Source: Odoribacteraceae bacterium
Lineage (GTDB): Bacteria > Bacteroidota > Bacteroidia > Bacteroidales > Marinifilaceae
Direction: 5' to 3'
Assembly: GCA_031257615.1 (NCBI GenBank)
Contig: JAIROI010000097.1
Span: forward strand, 2,808-41,422
DNA length: 38,615 nucleotides
The notes under the pieces were generated by a model. That model was not told where the DNA came from. It worked only from the letters and a program-made list of their open reading frames with translations, and made no database searches. Shown one piece after another: positions 1 to 11,244 of the stretch. The position numbers were made by a program, and so were the translations under genes. Every line of letters begins with the position of its first letter. The first letter of the stretch is position 1.

Positions 1-1001
1 TCGAGGGCGTCGCCGTATTGCTGGAGGACGGGGAAGGAGTTGGGGCCGAAGAAGAACTGTAGCGCGTGGCTTTCGTTTTCGTCCCCGAGGTAGGGCAGGA
101 AGGCTTCGGCGCGGGCTTCTTTGAGGTATCCGGCGCGGGTGGCGATGTCGGAGGAGACGGTGACGTCGGAGAAGGCGTTGTCGGCGACGAGGATGGAGGA
201 GAAGAACTGGTGTTTGAAGGCGATCCACTTGACTTTGCTGGGCAGTTGTTCTCGTTCGTTGCTGGAGGTGGAGAGGTTTTCGACGTCGTTTTCGGTGTAG
301 CGGTAGTAGACGCCGGTGTATCGGTTTTCGAAGTCCCTGCTTTTCTCGAGCTGGGGCATGTTGAGTTTCCAGTTGAGGGCGAGGAAGTTTGTTTTATTGG
401 CGATGAGGTCGTTGAGGCGGTGGGCGGTGACGGTGAGTTCGACCTGGTAGGAGTCGGGGGCCAGGGTATAGTTGTACTCGAGGTATCTGTCTTCCCCGGC
501 GCGTGCCCTGAGGGTCAGGGATCGGGCGACGGTGGTGGCGTCGAGTCGGGGGGCGTCGGTGGTGGGCGAGAAGGTGAGTTTCTCGGTGTTAACGAGGATG
601 TTGTTGGCGTAGAAGTTTAGGCCGAAGGCGCTTTGTCCTTCTTTCCAGAGGACGAGGGGGAGGGAGTCGTGGGTTCGGTATTCTTTTAGCTCGACGCGGG
701 TGATTGCTCCTCCCCGGGTGTCGAGGTGTAGTTTGATCCGGCTGTTTTCCAGGACGATTGTTTGTGTTTCGGTGGCTGGAGGGCCGAACGGGGTGGCCGG
801 GGTGGTGGTGATTTGTTCTTGTTGTGCTTGTCGGAAGGCGTTTTTTTCTCGTTCGGTGGCTTCTCGTCGCGCCTCAGCCCTGGCGATGGAGTCTCGCTGG
901 TGTTGTTGTTTGATTTCTTCCTGGGAGGGGGCCATCATGAAGTACCATCCGATGAAGATGATGAGGATGCAGACGAGGCCGGTTGTGGTGTTTCTATCCA
1001 T
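1..1001 (-). CDS. yidC: Membrane protein insertase YidC, N-terminal part (gene runs off the window start)
   Basis: Absent from the ORF track because it has no stop codon inside the window. My minus-strand translation from the ATG at 1001-999 stays open to position 1: MDRNTTTGLVCILIIFIGWYFMMAPSQEE...LENSRIKLHLDTRGGAI...WIAFKHQFFSSILVA...LQFFFGPNSFPVLQQYG. That is an N-terminal TM helix plus a large periplasmic domain, as in Bacteroidota YidC. It starts 15 nt downstream of pyrG. The + strand ORFs 66-620 and 700-1020 are G/E/V-rich shadows. Confidence 0.8.
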   Translation of the reverse strand, partial: MDRNTTTGLVCILIIFIGWYFMMAPSQEEIKQQHQRDSIARAEARREATEREKNAFRQAQQEQITTTPATPFGPPATETQTIVLENSRIKLHLDTRGGAITRVELKEYRTHDSLPLVLWKEGQSAFGLNFYANNILVNTEKLTFSPTTDAPRLDATTVARSLTLRARAGEDRYLEYNYTLAPDSYQVELTVTAHRLNDLIANKTNFLALNWKLNMPQLEKSRDFENRYTGVYYRYTENDVENLSTSSNEREQLPSKVKWIAFKHQFFSSILVADNAFSDVTVSSDIATRAGYLKEARAEAFLPYLGDENESHALQFFFGPNSFPVLQQYGDAL

Positions 1002-1016
1002 CGTGTGGGGTGAGTA

Positions 1017-2717
<1,701 letters not shown>

Positions 2718-4913
2718 TTATATCATGTCGTCGATGACCTTTAGTTTTTCCTGCATCAGGGCTAAGGTGCGACGGGCTTCTTCGATCTTGGAAGAGAACT
2801 CTTTGATGTATTCCTCCGAGTTTTTCGACTTGGAGAAGAAGCCGATGTTGTTTTCCCAGACGTGGAGGTCAGCCTCGATTTGCCTGATCTTGTTGACGAG
2901 TCTTTCCCGTTCGTGGATGATCTTGATCTCTTTTGCTTCTCCGCTGGCTTCGAGGGTGTTTACCCTGGACTTGAAGCGTTCGAGGTCTCGGTCAAACTCG
3001 CTGATGCCTGCCTTCTCGAAGAGTCCGTCGATGAGTTCGCGGAACGTCGTTTGGACGGCCTCCTTGTCCCTGACCGGCACGAAGCCGATTTCCGACCAGC
3101 GGGTTTGGAAGTTGGTCAACGCGGCCATGTCTTGCTCGCTGTTTCCGGAGGGAACGTAATCGCGCATCTCCCTGATGAGGGCCTTTTTGAGGGACAGGTT
3201 GTGGCGCTGGTCGGTTCTGACGGCGACCTTTCTCTTGAAGAAGGCGTCGCAGGCCGTCCGGAAGCGCAACCATATTTTGTCGGATTGCTTCTGGGGGACG
3301 TTGCCGATCTCCCTCCATTCCTGCTGGAGGCTTTTGATTTTTTCCGCGGTGGATCCCCATTCGGTGCTGTCCTGCAGGGCTTCGACCTTCTCGCAGAGGG
3401 CGATTTTCAACTTGAGGTTGTTCTCCCTTTCCTCCTGCAACCTCCGGTAAAGCTCCCGCTTGTTGCTGAAGAAGGCGTCGCAGGCGCCGCGGAAGCGCTT
3501 GTAGAGTTTTTTGCGCTCTTTCTGGGGCGCCGCGCCGGCGGCTTTCCACTCTTCCTGCAAGCCAATGACTTGCTCGGCGAGTTTTCCCCACTCGGCCATG
3601 CTCGCGGGGGAGATGGCGACCAGCGCTTCCATGCGGGAGCAGATGCTCTCCATGATTTTCAGGTTGTTTTCCTGTTCTTCTTTCAAGGCGCTGTAGAAGC
3701 GCTTGTAGGCCTTGCTTATTTTGTTGGAGGCCTCCTTGAAACGCTCGCGAAGCAGTTCCATCTGGTCGAAAGGCACCGGACCGATCTCCCGCCACTCGGC
3801 GCGCAATCTCCCCAGTTGCCTGATGGCGTACTCGGGGTCGTTTTCCTCGATCAGGCGCTCGGCCTGCTCGCACAAGGCGATCTTGCTGTCGAGGTTTTTC
3901 TTCAGGTCAAGGTCGCGCAACTCCCTGTTGATTTTGATGTAATTGTAGAAGTTCTCCACGTGGAGGTGGTAGGTCTTCATCAGGTCGTTGAATTGGGCCT
4001 GCGGGACGATGCCGGTGTTCCGCCAGCGTTCCTGCAGGTTGCGAAACTCGGTGAAGGTTTTGTCCAGCGACTCCTCTTTTTGTATCAACTCCTTCAATTC
4101 CTCGATGATCTGGAGCTTGGTCTGGAGGTTTTCCTCCTTCTCTTCTTCCGATTTCTTGTAATAGGCGCTCCGCTTCTCCTTATATATACGGTATATGCTG
4201 TTGAATCGCTCCCTGGTGTCGTTCGGGAAATCGTCGGCAGCCGTTTTCTGTTCCGCGCGCGCTTGCTCCTGCTCCTTCTGGAACTGCGCCTCGAACAACG
4301 CCGGCAACGAGTCGAGTATCCTCAATTGATTCACGGGATGACTGTCGATGAGCATCTTCATGTGCGAGATGATCTCCTCCGCGCCGAGCGCGGAGAAGTC
4401 CGGGAAGTGGGAAGTCTTGGGGGAAGCGGTCTCCGCGTCCGGCTCCTTGTCATCGTTGGCTGGCTCTTCAACGCGCTCGTCCTCGATGGATTCCGCCGGG
4501 GCTTCCTCCTCGGGATCACCCGCGTCCGCGAACTCCTCGCCCGCCGCTTCTTCTTGCGCGGGAAGCTCTTCTGCTGCCGCTTCCGCGACGATTTCGGCTA
4601 TGGCATCCTCCGTCGGGCCTGTTATTTCGGGCAGAATCTCCTCCATCGTTTCAAACGCGATCTCCCCGGCGGTGAGAGGGAACAGGGTCTCTTCCTCGAC
4701 GGAGGGCGCGCTTGGAGATGGAGTGTCTTCATCTAACGGCGTTTCCGCGCCTTGCTCGAAGGTTTCTTCCGCGCCGGGAATCTCTTCCTCTGCCGGCGCG
4801 AGCGTCTCACTTTGTACTGAAACCTCGATAGTCGTTTCGTCCGTGGAGGTCTCCGGGGAAGCAGGCGCGTTGCTTTCCAGTTCCTCGGATGGCTTTAAAA
4901 TCTCGTTGTCCAT
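2718..4913 (-). CDS. DUF349-type repeat protein with an acidic low-complexity N-terminus
   Basis: 731-aa ORF. It has five or more helical repeats, each carrying a W-R/K-x-x-G-x-V/A-P motif (ERWRNTGIVPQ, AEWREIGPVPF, EEWKAAGAAPQ, QEWREIGNVPQ, TRWSEIGFVPV), which is characteristic of DUF349. The first ~170 aa are E/A/P/T-rich. Confidence 0.75.
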   Translation of the reverse strand: MDNEILKPSEELESNAPASPETSTDETTIEVSVQSETLAPAEEEIPGAEETFEQGAETPLDEDTPSPSAPSVEEETLFPLTAGEIAFETMEEILPEITGPTEDAIAEIVAEAAAEELPAQEEAAGEEFADAGDPEEEAPAESIEDERVEEPANDDKEPDAETASPKTSHFPDFSALGAEEIISHMKMLIDSHPVNQLRILDSLPALFEAQFQKEQEQARAEQKTAADDFPNDTRERFNSIYRIYKEKRSAYYKKSEEEKEENLQTKLQIIEELKELIQKEESLDKTFTEFRNLQERWRNTGIVPQAQFNDLMKTYHLHVENFYNYIKINRELRDLDLKKNLDSKIALCEQAERLIEENDPEYAIRQLGRLRAEWREIGPVPFDQMELLRERFKEASNKISKAYKRFYSALKEEQENNLKIMESICSRMEALVAISPASMAEWGKLAEQVIGLQEEWKAAGAAPQKERKKLYKRFRGACDAFFSNKRELYRRLQEERENNLKLKIALCEKVEALQDSTEWGSTAEKIKSLQQEWREIGNVPQKQSDKIWLRFRTACDAFFKRKVAVRTDQRHNLSLKKALIREMRDYVPSGNSEQDMAALTNFQTRWSEIGFVPVRDKEAVQTTFRELIDGLFEKAGISEFDRDLERFKSRVNTLEASGEAKEIKIIHERERLVNKIRQIEADLHVWENNIGFFSKSKNSEEYIKEFSSKIEEARRTLALMQEKLKVIDDMI

Positions 4914-5259
4914 AGCTGTCTAAATATGTTTGGCTTTTCAGCTTACGAAAGTAGACAATAATTGTGAAATCGGCAATGCATGTTATTCGATTTTGATTTC
5001 CGTTGCCGAAGGGGGCTTTAATTTCTTGAAGATTAGCCTCTCTTGAGAAGAGAAACGGGCGGCGGGGAAAACATTTCACCGGCGATAAACCGCTAATCGC
5101 GATTTATCCATTACCTTTGAGACCTAAATTTAGAAGGACAGGCAGGATGTTTTCTTATGTTTTGTACACTCTTTCGCGGGCGTTCGGTTTTTTGCCGTTC
5201 GGGGCATTGTGCCTGTTTCCGGGTAGCATGTCCGACATTCCTTTAAACAATAACACGCG

Positions 5260-6285
5260 ATGAACGGGGTTACGTGCGCCGTGATCGTGCTGAACTGGAA
5301 CGGCAGGAAACTGCTCGAGGAGTTTCTGCCCTCCGTGATACGGAACACGGATCCCGCGCTGGGGAGCGTGATCGTGGCGGACAATCATTCGACGGACGAT
5401 TCCGCGGAATACCTGAAGCGGGAGTTCCCCGGGATAACCCTGTTGGAGTTTGACCAGAACTACGGTTTTGCCGGCGGCTACAACCGGGCCATCCGCTTGA
5501 TCGAGGCGAAATACGCGCTCCTGTTGAACAGCGACGCGGAGGTGACCGAGGGGTGGTTACCTCCCCTGGTGGCGCTCCTGGAGCGGGAGGAGGGGGTCGC
5601 GGCGGTGCAACCCAAGATACGCTCTTACCGGGAGCGAGACAAGTTCGAGTACGCCGGGGCGTGCGGGGGATTCATTGACTACCTGGGCTTCCCCTTTTGC
5701 CGGGGGCGGATACTGGACACGGTGGAGCAGGACGCGGGGCAGTACGACGTCGCGACGAAGGTGTTCTGGGCCACGGGAGCGGCACTGTGTATCCGCCGGG
5801 ACGCCTACCTGGAGGCGGGGGGGCTGGACGAGAATTTCTTTGCCCACATGGAAGAGATCGATCTCTGTTGGCGCCTGCAAAACAGGGGGTACAGCATCAA
5901 GGTGGAGCCTGCCTCCACGGTCTTTCACCTGGGGGGAGGCACCCTGCCGATGGATCATCCCCGGAAGTTGTTCCTGAATTACCGGAACAACCTGCTGATG
6001 CTTTACAAGAACGCGGAACGAAAGCGCTTCCGGCGAATCTTCCCGTGCCGGTGCGCGCTGGACGGGATGGCTGCCTGCATCTTCCTGCTGAAGGGAGAGT
6101 GGGCCAATGCCCGTTCGGTATTCCGGGCCTACGCCGCCTACCGCTCAGCGCGCGCCGGCTACGAGCCGGGCGGCCCCGGAAGAACCCTCGCGGGAGTTTA
6201 CCGGCGGAGCATTGTCTGGGACTACTTCGCGCGCAACAGGAAAGTGTTCTCTAAATTAAAGCAATTCAATAAACCTTCGGACTAA
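5260..6285 (+). CDS. Family 2 glycosyltransferase
   Basis: 341 aa. The N-terminus CAVIVLNWNG, then ADNHSTDDS, the DxD-like LNSDAEV and a WATGAALCIRR...GGLDENFFAHMEEIDLCWR block are typical of GT2 (rhamnosyltransferase-like) enzymes. Confidence 0.85.
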   Translation: MNGVTCAVIVLNWNGRKLLEEFLPSVIRNTDPALGSVIVADNHSTDDSAEYLKREFPGITLLEFDQNYGFAGGYNRAIRLIEAKYALLLNSDAEVTEGWLPPLVALLEREEGVAAVQPKIRSYRERDKFEYAGACGGFIDYLGFPFCRGRILDTVEQDAGQYDVATKVFWATGAALCIRRDAYLEAGGLDENFFAHMEEIDLCWRLQNRGYSIKVEPASTVFHLGGGTLPMDHPRKLFLNYRNNLLMLYKNAERKRFRRIFPCRCALDGMAACIFLLKGEWANARSVFRAYAAYRSARAGYEPGGPGRTLAGVYRRSIVWDYFARNRKVFSKLKQFNKPSD

Positions 6286-6359
6286 AAAATTGTCATAGCA
6301 TCTGACAGGGGAGACAGGAGAGCGGGAGTCATTGATTTCGGGTACATTAATTTAGCGTT

Positions 6360-6920
6360 ATGACCACAGACGATCAACACATCATTCAGTTGTTTCTTTC
6401 GGGCGAGGACGAGCAGAAAGCCTTTCGCCTGCTCGTGTCGAAGTACAGCGAGCGCCTTTACTGGCACATACGGAAGATCGTGATCTGTCACGAAGACGCT
6501 GACGACGTGTTGCAGAACACCTTCATCAAGGTCTGGAGGGGCATCCGCGAGTTCCGCCGCGAATCGAGACTCTACACGTGGATGTACCGCGTGGCCACCA
6601 ACGAGGCCCTGAACTTCCTGCAAGAGAAGCGCAGGGCCGTGCACGGTTACTCTGAGGAGACGTCGGGGATGCTGGAAAATCAACTGGAGGGGGACGCCTA
6701 CTTCTGCGGCGACGACATCCAGCGCGAACTCCAGAAAGCAGTACTGAAACTGCCCGAACGCCAGCGATTGGTCTTCAACATGAAGTATTTCGATGACATG
6801 AAATACGAGAAGATCGCCGAGATACTGGACGTGGCCGTGGGAACCCTGAAGGCAACCTACCACGCGGCCGTGAAAAAGGTTGAGGAGAGCTTGAGACTTT
6901 CAGACACAATAATAATGTAA
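6360..6920 (+). CDS. ECF-type RNA polymerase sigma-70 factor
   Basis: 186 aa. Region 2 (DADDVLQNTFIKVW...YTWMYRVATNEALNFL) and region 4 (LPERQRLVFNMKYFDDMKYEKIAEILDVAVGTLKATYHAAVKKV) are recognisable. Confidence 0.9.
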   Translation: MTTDDQHIIQLFLSGEDEQKAFRLLVSKYSERLYWHIRKIVICHEDADDVLQNTFIKVWRGIREFRRESRLYTWMYRVATNEALNFLQEKRRAVHGYSEETSGMLENQLEGDAYFCGDDIQRELQKAVLKLPERQRLVFNMKYFDDMKYEKIAEILDVAVGTLKATYHAAVKKVEESLRLSDTIIM

Positions 6921-6925
6921 AAGCG

Positions 6926-7261
6926 ATGAACGAAATGACAGACAAGTACGAACAAAAGAATCCCTTCTCGGTGCCGGAAGGATACTTCGATTCCCTGGAG
7001 GATCGGATCATGATCCGGTTGAGAAAGGAGGAGAGGTCGCGCCGCGCTCGTTTGCTGCGGACATTCAAGCCATTCATGGGCTGGGCGGCCTTGGTGGCAG
7101 TTGTCGTGCTGGTGATGATAACGGTTCTGCCCGCGCGGAACGAGGGGATCGCCGAGACGCAACTGGACGCGGACTTTAACCCCACCACGGAAGAGATACT
7201 GGAATACCTGGCGGGGGAGGTAGATTTAGCCGTGTTGTCAAACGAGATACTGGGAAGATAG
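6926..7261 (+). CDS. Putative anti-sigma factor (small single-pass membrane protein)
   Basis: 111 aa, starting 6 nt after the sigma gene. It has one hydrophobic segment (FMGWAALVAVVVLVMITVL). The call rests on position and topology only. Confidence 0.5.
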   Translation: MNEMTDKYEQKNPFSVPEGYFDSLEDRIMIRLRKEERSRRARLLRTFKPFMGWAALVAVVVLVMITVLPARNEGIAETQLDADFNPTTEEILEYLAGEVDLAVLSNEILGR

Positions 7262-7263
7262 CC

Positions 7264-7716
7264 ATGAAAAAGATCATCACCCTCGCCGGAATGTTATTCC
7301 TCCTGCTCCCCCTTTTCGCCCAAAAAGAGGAAGGCGGGCCGCTGAGCGAGGAAAAAAGAAAGGAGTTCGAGGCCCAGAAGGTAGCCTTCTTCACGCAAGA
7401 GATGAAGCTGACGCCCGACGAGGCCACCAAGTTCTGGCCGCTCTACAACGAGATGCAGGACAAGATCAGGGAAGCCTCCAAACCGGTCTGGGGGCTGCAC
7501 GAAAAAGCCGCCGATCTCTCGGACGAACAGGCCCGAACGAACATCGAGACCATCCTCCAGGTGGAGGAGTCCGTCCTGAAGATCCGCGGGGAATACTACC
7601 GGAAGATCATGCGCGAGATCTCCGCCAGGAAGGTATGGCTCATGCTTGACGCCGAGCGAAATTTCCACAGGCAACTTGTAAAAAGGATCGGTGGAACTCC
7701 CCGGGAGAAGCGCTAA
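7264..7716 (+). CDS. Periplasmic Spy/CpxP-like (LTxxQ-type) protein
   Basis: 150 aa with a signal peptide (MKKIITLAGMLFLLLPLFAQ) and a helical, charged body containing KLTPDEATKFWPLYNEM. It is the third gene of the ECF module. Confidence 0.5.
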   Translation: MKKIITLAGMLFLLLPLFAQKEEGGPLSEEKRKEFEAQKVAFFTQEMKLTPDEATKFWPLYNEMQDKIREASKPVWGLHEKAADLSDEQARTNIETILQVEESVLKIRGEYYRKIMREISARKVWLMLDAERNFHRQLVKRIGGTPREKR

Positions 7717-7761
7717 GGAAAAAAAAGCCCATCGAAATGTTGCGGTCAAGAGAAAAAGAGC

Positions 7762-7769
7762 TACATTTG
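7762..7769 (+). promoter_or_regulatory. Bacteroidota -7 promoter box (TAnnTTTG) for tRNA-Ser
   Basis: TACATTTG lies 12 nt upstream of the tRNA 5' end. The same octamer precedes cysH and tilS. Confidence 0.4.
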
Positions 7770-7781
7770 CCTCCCGTTGCA

Positions 7782-7870
7782 GGAGGGATGGGTGAGTGGC
7801 TGAAACCAACAGTTTGCTAAACTGTCGTACGGGAATAACTGTACCGGGGGTTCGACTCCCCCTCCCTCAG
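7782..7870 (+). tRNA. tRNA-Ser (anticodon GCU)
   Basis: Hand-folded cloverleaf: acceptor GGAGGGA, D arm GGTG/AGTGGCTGAA/ACC, anticodon stem ACAGT/ACTGT with loop TTGCTAA (GCT). It also has a long variable arm (CGTACGGGAATAACTGTACC) and a T arm GGGGG-TTCGACT-CCCCC. The 3' acceptor strand reads TCCCTCA, which gives an apparent G1-A72 mismatch. Confidence 0.9.
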
Positions 7871-7898
7871 CGAGATATATTGTCGGCTAGTTCGTTTT

Positions 7899-7927
7899 CC
7901 CCGCAGCGCGTGCCGCGGGGATTTTTT
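7899..7927 (+). terminator. Hairpin plus T-run after tRNA-Ser
   Basis: CCCCGC (7899-7904) pairs with GCGGGG (7915-7920) and is followed by ATTTTTTAT. Confidence 0.45.
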
Positions 7928-8009
7928 ATGTCGTATCGTTTCGGTGGTAGGCAACTATAAAAACAATTACCCTCGGATCAGATCGCGACGCGATCCCCTC
8001 GGCCCGGAC

Positions 8010-8043
8010 GAAAAAAATAGGCGACCGTCGCGCGATCGCCTAT
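8010..8043 (-). terminator. Terminator of the 8063-8950 gene
   Basis: ATAGGCGA (8017-8024) / TCGCCTAT (8036-8043) form the stem. On the minus strand it is followed by T7 (the plus-strand A-run at 8011-8017). It lies 20 nt past the stop. Confidence 0.5.
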
Positions 8044-8062
8044 CCTGCAGGAAATGGGAAAA

Positions 8063-8950
8063 CTACTTCATTACCGTCCCCACTACCGTCGTTTTACCCT
8101 GGAAGTCCATGTTGATGCTGATATCCTGTGGAATTCGATCATTTGCCTTCATCAGGTTATCGCCCTTAAAAACGACAGCCATCTGACCTGTCTTCACCAA
8201 TCCGTTGCTCTTGTTCACCAACAGTTCCCCGGAGATACTTCCCTTCATGTTGCTTTCCATTTTCATGCCGCCCATCTCGATCGTGCCGCCCGACATGTCG
8301 ATGACGGCATTGCTACCGATCTTCCAGCATCCGTCCTCGCTTCCGAGGTAAGTAAAGGTCGTCGAGATCTTCTGCGGGACGATCACGTTTTGCGTGAACT
8401 CGTGCGTCCACGTGTCACCCACGGCCACCGGTTCCTTGGGCAGTACCACCCCGAGTTGGAAATTCTGTTTCATGGACTCGGGCCCGAAGTTCGACTTGAA
8501 CTGCTCGATCACCGAGGGTTCCACGCCCGCGAGCGACTCCAGCACCTTGTCCATCCCGTTGAACTCGGTAAAATTCCCTTGCATATCCATCTTCGCCTGG
8601 AAGGGCTTGTTCTGGAGCGCGGCCAGCACCTCGCTCCCCGGCCCGCCCCCGTCGGCGCTGACCGTGACCTCCCCGTAAGGGGAAGACATCGACGAACTCA
8701 GGTTCTTGTAGACCATCTCCAGCTCGTATCCCTCCGCGTTTTTCTCCTTCACGAGGGTCGCGATCTCGATATGCACCTTCATATCGAGGCGCATCTGCTG
8801 TCCGGAAAACGCTTGCGCGATCACGCCAGACACCTCGATCGTCTGCGTGTAAGTCTCGCCCTTGGTCCAGTTAAACGAGAGCTTTTCTTTTTCCTGGCTC
8901 CATCCTGTCAGTCCGAGGATGCAAAGCAGTAAAGTACAAATTGTTTTCAT
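8063..8950 (-). CDS. Secreted hypothetical protein
   Basis: 295 aa with an N-terminal signal sequence (MKTICTLLLCILGLTGWSQ) and normal amino-acid composition. The overlapping + ORF 8054-8932 is H/R/L-rich and looks like an antisense shadow. I recognised no motif. Confidence 0.7.
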   Translation of the reverse strand: MKTICTLLLCILGLTGWSQEKEKLSFNWTKGETYTQTIEVSGVIAQAFSGQQMRLDMKVHIEIATLVKEKNAEGYELEMVYKNLSSSMSSPYGEVTVSADGGGPGSEVLAALQNKPFQAKMDMQGNFTEFNGMDKVLESLAGVEPSVIEQFKSNFGPESMKQNFQLGVVLPKEPVAVGDTWTHEFTQNVIVPQKISTTFTYLGSEDGCWKIGSNAVIDMSGGTIEMGGMKMESNMKGSISGELLVNKSNGLVKTGQMAVVFKGDNLMKANDRIPQDISINMDFQGKTTVVGTVMK

Positions 8951-8979
8951 GTTCTATAGAGTTTAATTAAAAAAATCGA

Positions 8980-9687
8980 TCATCGTCTATGCAACCCGCA
9001 CTCCTTGTGCAGCGGAGATTCCCACCACCATCGTCCCGCGCGGGGATCATCCCCCGGGTTGATGGCCCTCGTGCACGGTTCGCAGCCGATGCTGGGAAAC
9101 CCCTCGTCGTGCATCCGGTTGTACGGCACCTCATTCCTCCTCGCATACTCCCGCACCTCCTCCTCCGACCAGTTCGCCAGCGGGTTTAATTTATACAGCC
9201 CGTTGACCGCGTCCCGTTCCACCAATCGCACCTCCTGCCTCGTCGCGGACTGTTCCCGTCGCAGCCCGCAAATCCACGCCTCCATGCCGGCGAAGGCCCG
9301 GCGGAGCGGCTCCAGCTTGCGCGTCCTGCAACACCTCTTTCGTTTCTCCGCGCTATCGTAGAACAGGTTGATCCCCGCCTCGCGCACCATTTCCTCCACC
9401 TGTCGGTGGTCCGGGAAGAAAAGCTCGATCGTGATCCCGTAGCGTCGCGCCGTGCGGTCGATCAGCCGGTACGTCTCCGGGAACAGCCGTCCCGTGTCCA
9501 GCGTGAACACCCGCGTGGACGGCCGGACGCGCGCGATGACATCCGTCAATACCTGGTCTTCCAGCCCCAGGCTTGACGCCAACGCCACTCGTCCCTCGAA
9601 GCGGTCGATAAAATCGCCCATCATCGCCTCGATTTCCATCGTCGCGTACCGTTCGTTGAGGTTGTCTATATCTATTTCCGTTTTCAT
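8980..9687 (-). CDS. cysH: Phosphoadenosine phosphosulfate (PAPS/APS) reductase
   Basis: 235 aa with a PAPS-reductase fold signature and the diagnostic C-terminal KECGLH motif. It also has a CC...C...C cluster (RKRCCRTRK, GCEPC), which suggests the Fe-S containing subtype. Confidence 0.9.
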   Translation of the reverse strand: MKTEIDIDNLNERYATMEIEAMMGDFIDRFEGRVALASSLGLEDQVLTDVIARVRPSTRVFTLDTGRLFPETYRLIDRTARRYGITIELFFPDHRQVEEMVREAGINLFYDSAEKRKRCCRTRKLEPLRRAFAGMEAWICGLRREQSATRQEVRLVERDAVNGLYKLNPLANWSEEEVREYARRNEVPYNRMHDEGFPSIGCEPCTRAINPGDDPRAGRWWWESPLHKECGLHRR

Positions 9688-9707
9688 GTTCGCGAGAATA
9701 AGCGTTA

Positions 9708-9715
9708 CAAATGTA
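9708..9715 (-). promoter_or_regulatory. -7 promoter box (TACATTTG) for cysH
   Basis: The reverse complement of CAAATGTA reads TACATTTG, 21 nt upstream of the cysH ATG. Confidence 0.35.
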
Positions 9716-9801
9716 GGATTTTATTCCGGATAACGCGGGGGCGGGCCGGTGAAAAATGGGACTATATATATAAGGTGTGGCGTCTCCCCGTCGGCGAGCG
9801 G

Positions 9802-10827
9802 TCAGTCGACGAGGGAGCGGAGGGAGGAGGTGAAATCGATGACGTCCTCCTCGGTGGTATCGAAGGAGCAGACCCAGCGCGCCTCGCTGGCATTCTCGTC
9901 CCACACGTGAAAGAAACAAAGCTCGCGCAGCGGCTCGATCACCTCGCGGGGAATGATCGCGAAGACCTCGTTCGCCTGCACCTCCTGGGTGATCGTCACG
10001 CCCGGCACCCGCGCCGCCTCTCGCGCGAGCAGCCGCGCCATTTCGTTCGCGTGCCCGGCGGCGCGCAGCCAGAGGTCATTCTCGAGGAGCGCGGAGAACT
10101 GCGCGGCGATAAAGCGGCTCTTGGAATGCAGTTGAGTCATCTGTTTGCGCGCGAACCGCACCTCGGCGGCCATCGCGGGATCGAAGAAAAGGACGGCCTC
10201 GCCGAACACCATCCCGTTCTTGGTGCCGCCGAACGACAGCACGTCCACGCCCGCGTCGCCGGTGATCGCGGCCGGCGCCACGCCCAGGTAAGCCACCGCG
10301 TTAGCCAGCCGGGCGCCGTCGACGTGCACCAGCATCCCGTGCGCGTGCGCCAGGTCGCAGATCGCCTTGATCTCGGCGGGCGAGTAGACGGTACCGAGTT
10401 CGGTCGGTTGCGAGATCGAGATCAGCCGGGGCTGCACGTGGTGTTGATCGCCGAACCCGCGGAGGTGATTCCGGATAAAGTTCGGTTCCAGCTTCCCGTC
10501 GAACGTTGGCACGGTGAGCACCTTGCAGCCGGTGAACCTCTCGACGGCGCCGCACTCGTCGACGTGCAGGTGCGCGGTCTCGGCGCAGATCACGGCATGG
10601 TGTGGCCTCGCGACGGCGGAGATGCCGAGGAGGTTTGCCCCGGTGCCGTTATAGACAAGGAACACCTCGACTTGCTGCCCGAAGATCGCCCGGAACTCCC
10701 CGACGGCTCTGCGGGTATACGCGTCGTCACCGTAGGAGGGCTGGTGGCCGCGCGCGGCGGTCTCGATGGCCCTCAACACCTCCGGCAGGGCGCCGGAGCA
10801 ATTATCGCTCGCGAATCCTCGATCCAT
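9802..10827 (-). CDS. Low-specificity threonine aldolase (PLP-dependent beta-eliminating lyase family)
   Basis: 341 aa. The N-terminus GFASDNCSGALPEVLRAI...YGDDAYT and the SFGGTKNG lysine motif match the LtaE/GLY1 family. Confidence 0.85.
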   Translation of the reverse strand: MDRGFASDNCSGALPEVLRAIETAARGHQPSYGDDAYTRRAVGEFRAIFGQQVEVFLVYNGTGANLLGISAVARPHHAVICAETAHLHVDECGAVERFTGCKVLTVPTFDGKLEPNFIRNHLRGFGDQHHVQPRLISISQPTELGTVYSPAEIKAICDLAHAHGMLVHVDGARLANAVAYLGVAPAAITGDAGVDVLSFGGTKNGMVFGEAVLFFDPAMAAEVRFARKQMTQLHSKSRFIAAQFSALLENDLWLRAAGHANEMARLLAREAARVPGVTITQEVQANEVFAIIPREVIEPLRELCFFHVWDENASEARWVCSFDTTEEDVIDFTSSLRSLVD

Positions 10828-10839
10828 GGGGGTGTCGCG

Positions 10840-11244
10840 TTACTGTTTCCCGCAGAGTTCGGTGAGCACGCGGCAGGTAGACTTCGGGTGCAGGAAAGCG
10901 ATCTTCAGTCCCTCGGCCCCGTTTCTTGGCGCCTTGTCGATGAGCTGGCACCCGGCGTTGGCGGCATCGTTGATAGCCTCCTGCACGTCGTCGACGGCGA
11001 AGGCCAGGTGATGCATCCCTCCCCCGGTCTTCTCCACGAATTTGCCGATTGGCCCTTCGGGGTCCGTGGACTCCAGCAGTTCGATCTTCGTTTGCCCGAC
11101 CTGGAAGAAGGCCGTTTTTACCTTTTGATCTTTGACTTCCTCGATGGCGTAGCACGTCATCCCGAGTACTTTTTCATAAAACGGGATCGCTTCCTGCAGG
11201 TTCGCGACGGCAATCCCGATGTGTTCGATGTGCGTTGGTTTCAT
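10840..11244 (-). CDS. Methylmalonyl-CoA epimerase (VOC/glyoxalase family)
   Basis: 134 aa. HIEHIGIAVANLQEAIPFYEKVLG...HHLAFAVDD...AFLHPKS is typical of the epimerase subgroup of VOC proteins. Confidence 0.85.
   Translation of the reverse strand: MKPTHIEHIGIAVANLQEAIPFYEKVLGMTCYAIEEVKDQKVKTAFFQVGQTKIELLESTDPEGPIGKFVEKTGGGMHHLAFAVDDVQEAINDAANAGCQLIDKAPRNGAEGLKIAFLHPKSTCRVLTELCGKQ

Noticed and set aside
2862-4736. 624-aa + strand ORF opposite the DUF349 gene, and several 100-300-aa ORFs opposite pyrG, ltaE (9775-11271), pepD (12717-14450) and tilS (36438-37181, 37257-37856).
   Set aside because: These are antisense shadows of well-supported genes, with R/P/G/H-rich or G/E/V-rich composition and no start context.
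7782-7870. The G1-A72 mismatch in tRNA-Ser as a sign of a pseudogene.
   Set aside because: All other stems, the T-loop (TTCGACT), the anticodon loop and the long variable arm are intact, and a promoter box and terminator flank it. A single terminal mismatch is insufficient evidence, and I may be off by one at the 3' end.
8054-8932. 292-aa + strand ORF opposite the secreted hypothetical protein.
   Set aside because: It is H/R/L-rich with no signal or motif. The minus-strand ORF has a signal peptide, normal composition and its own terminator.
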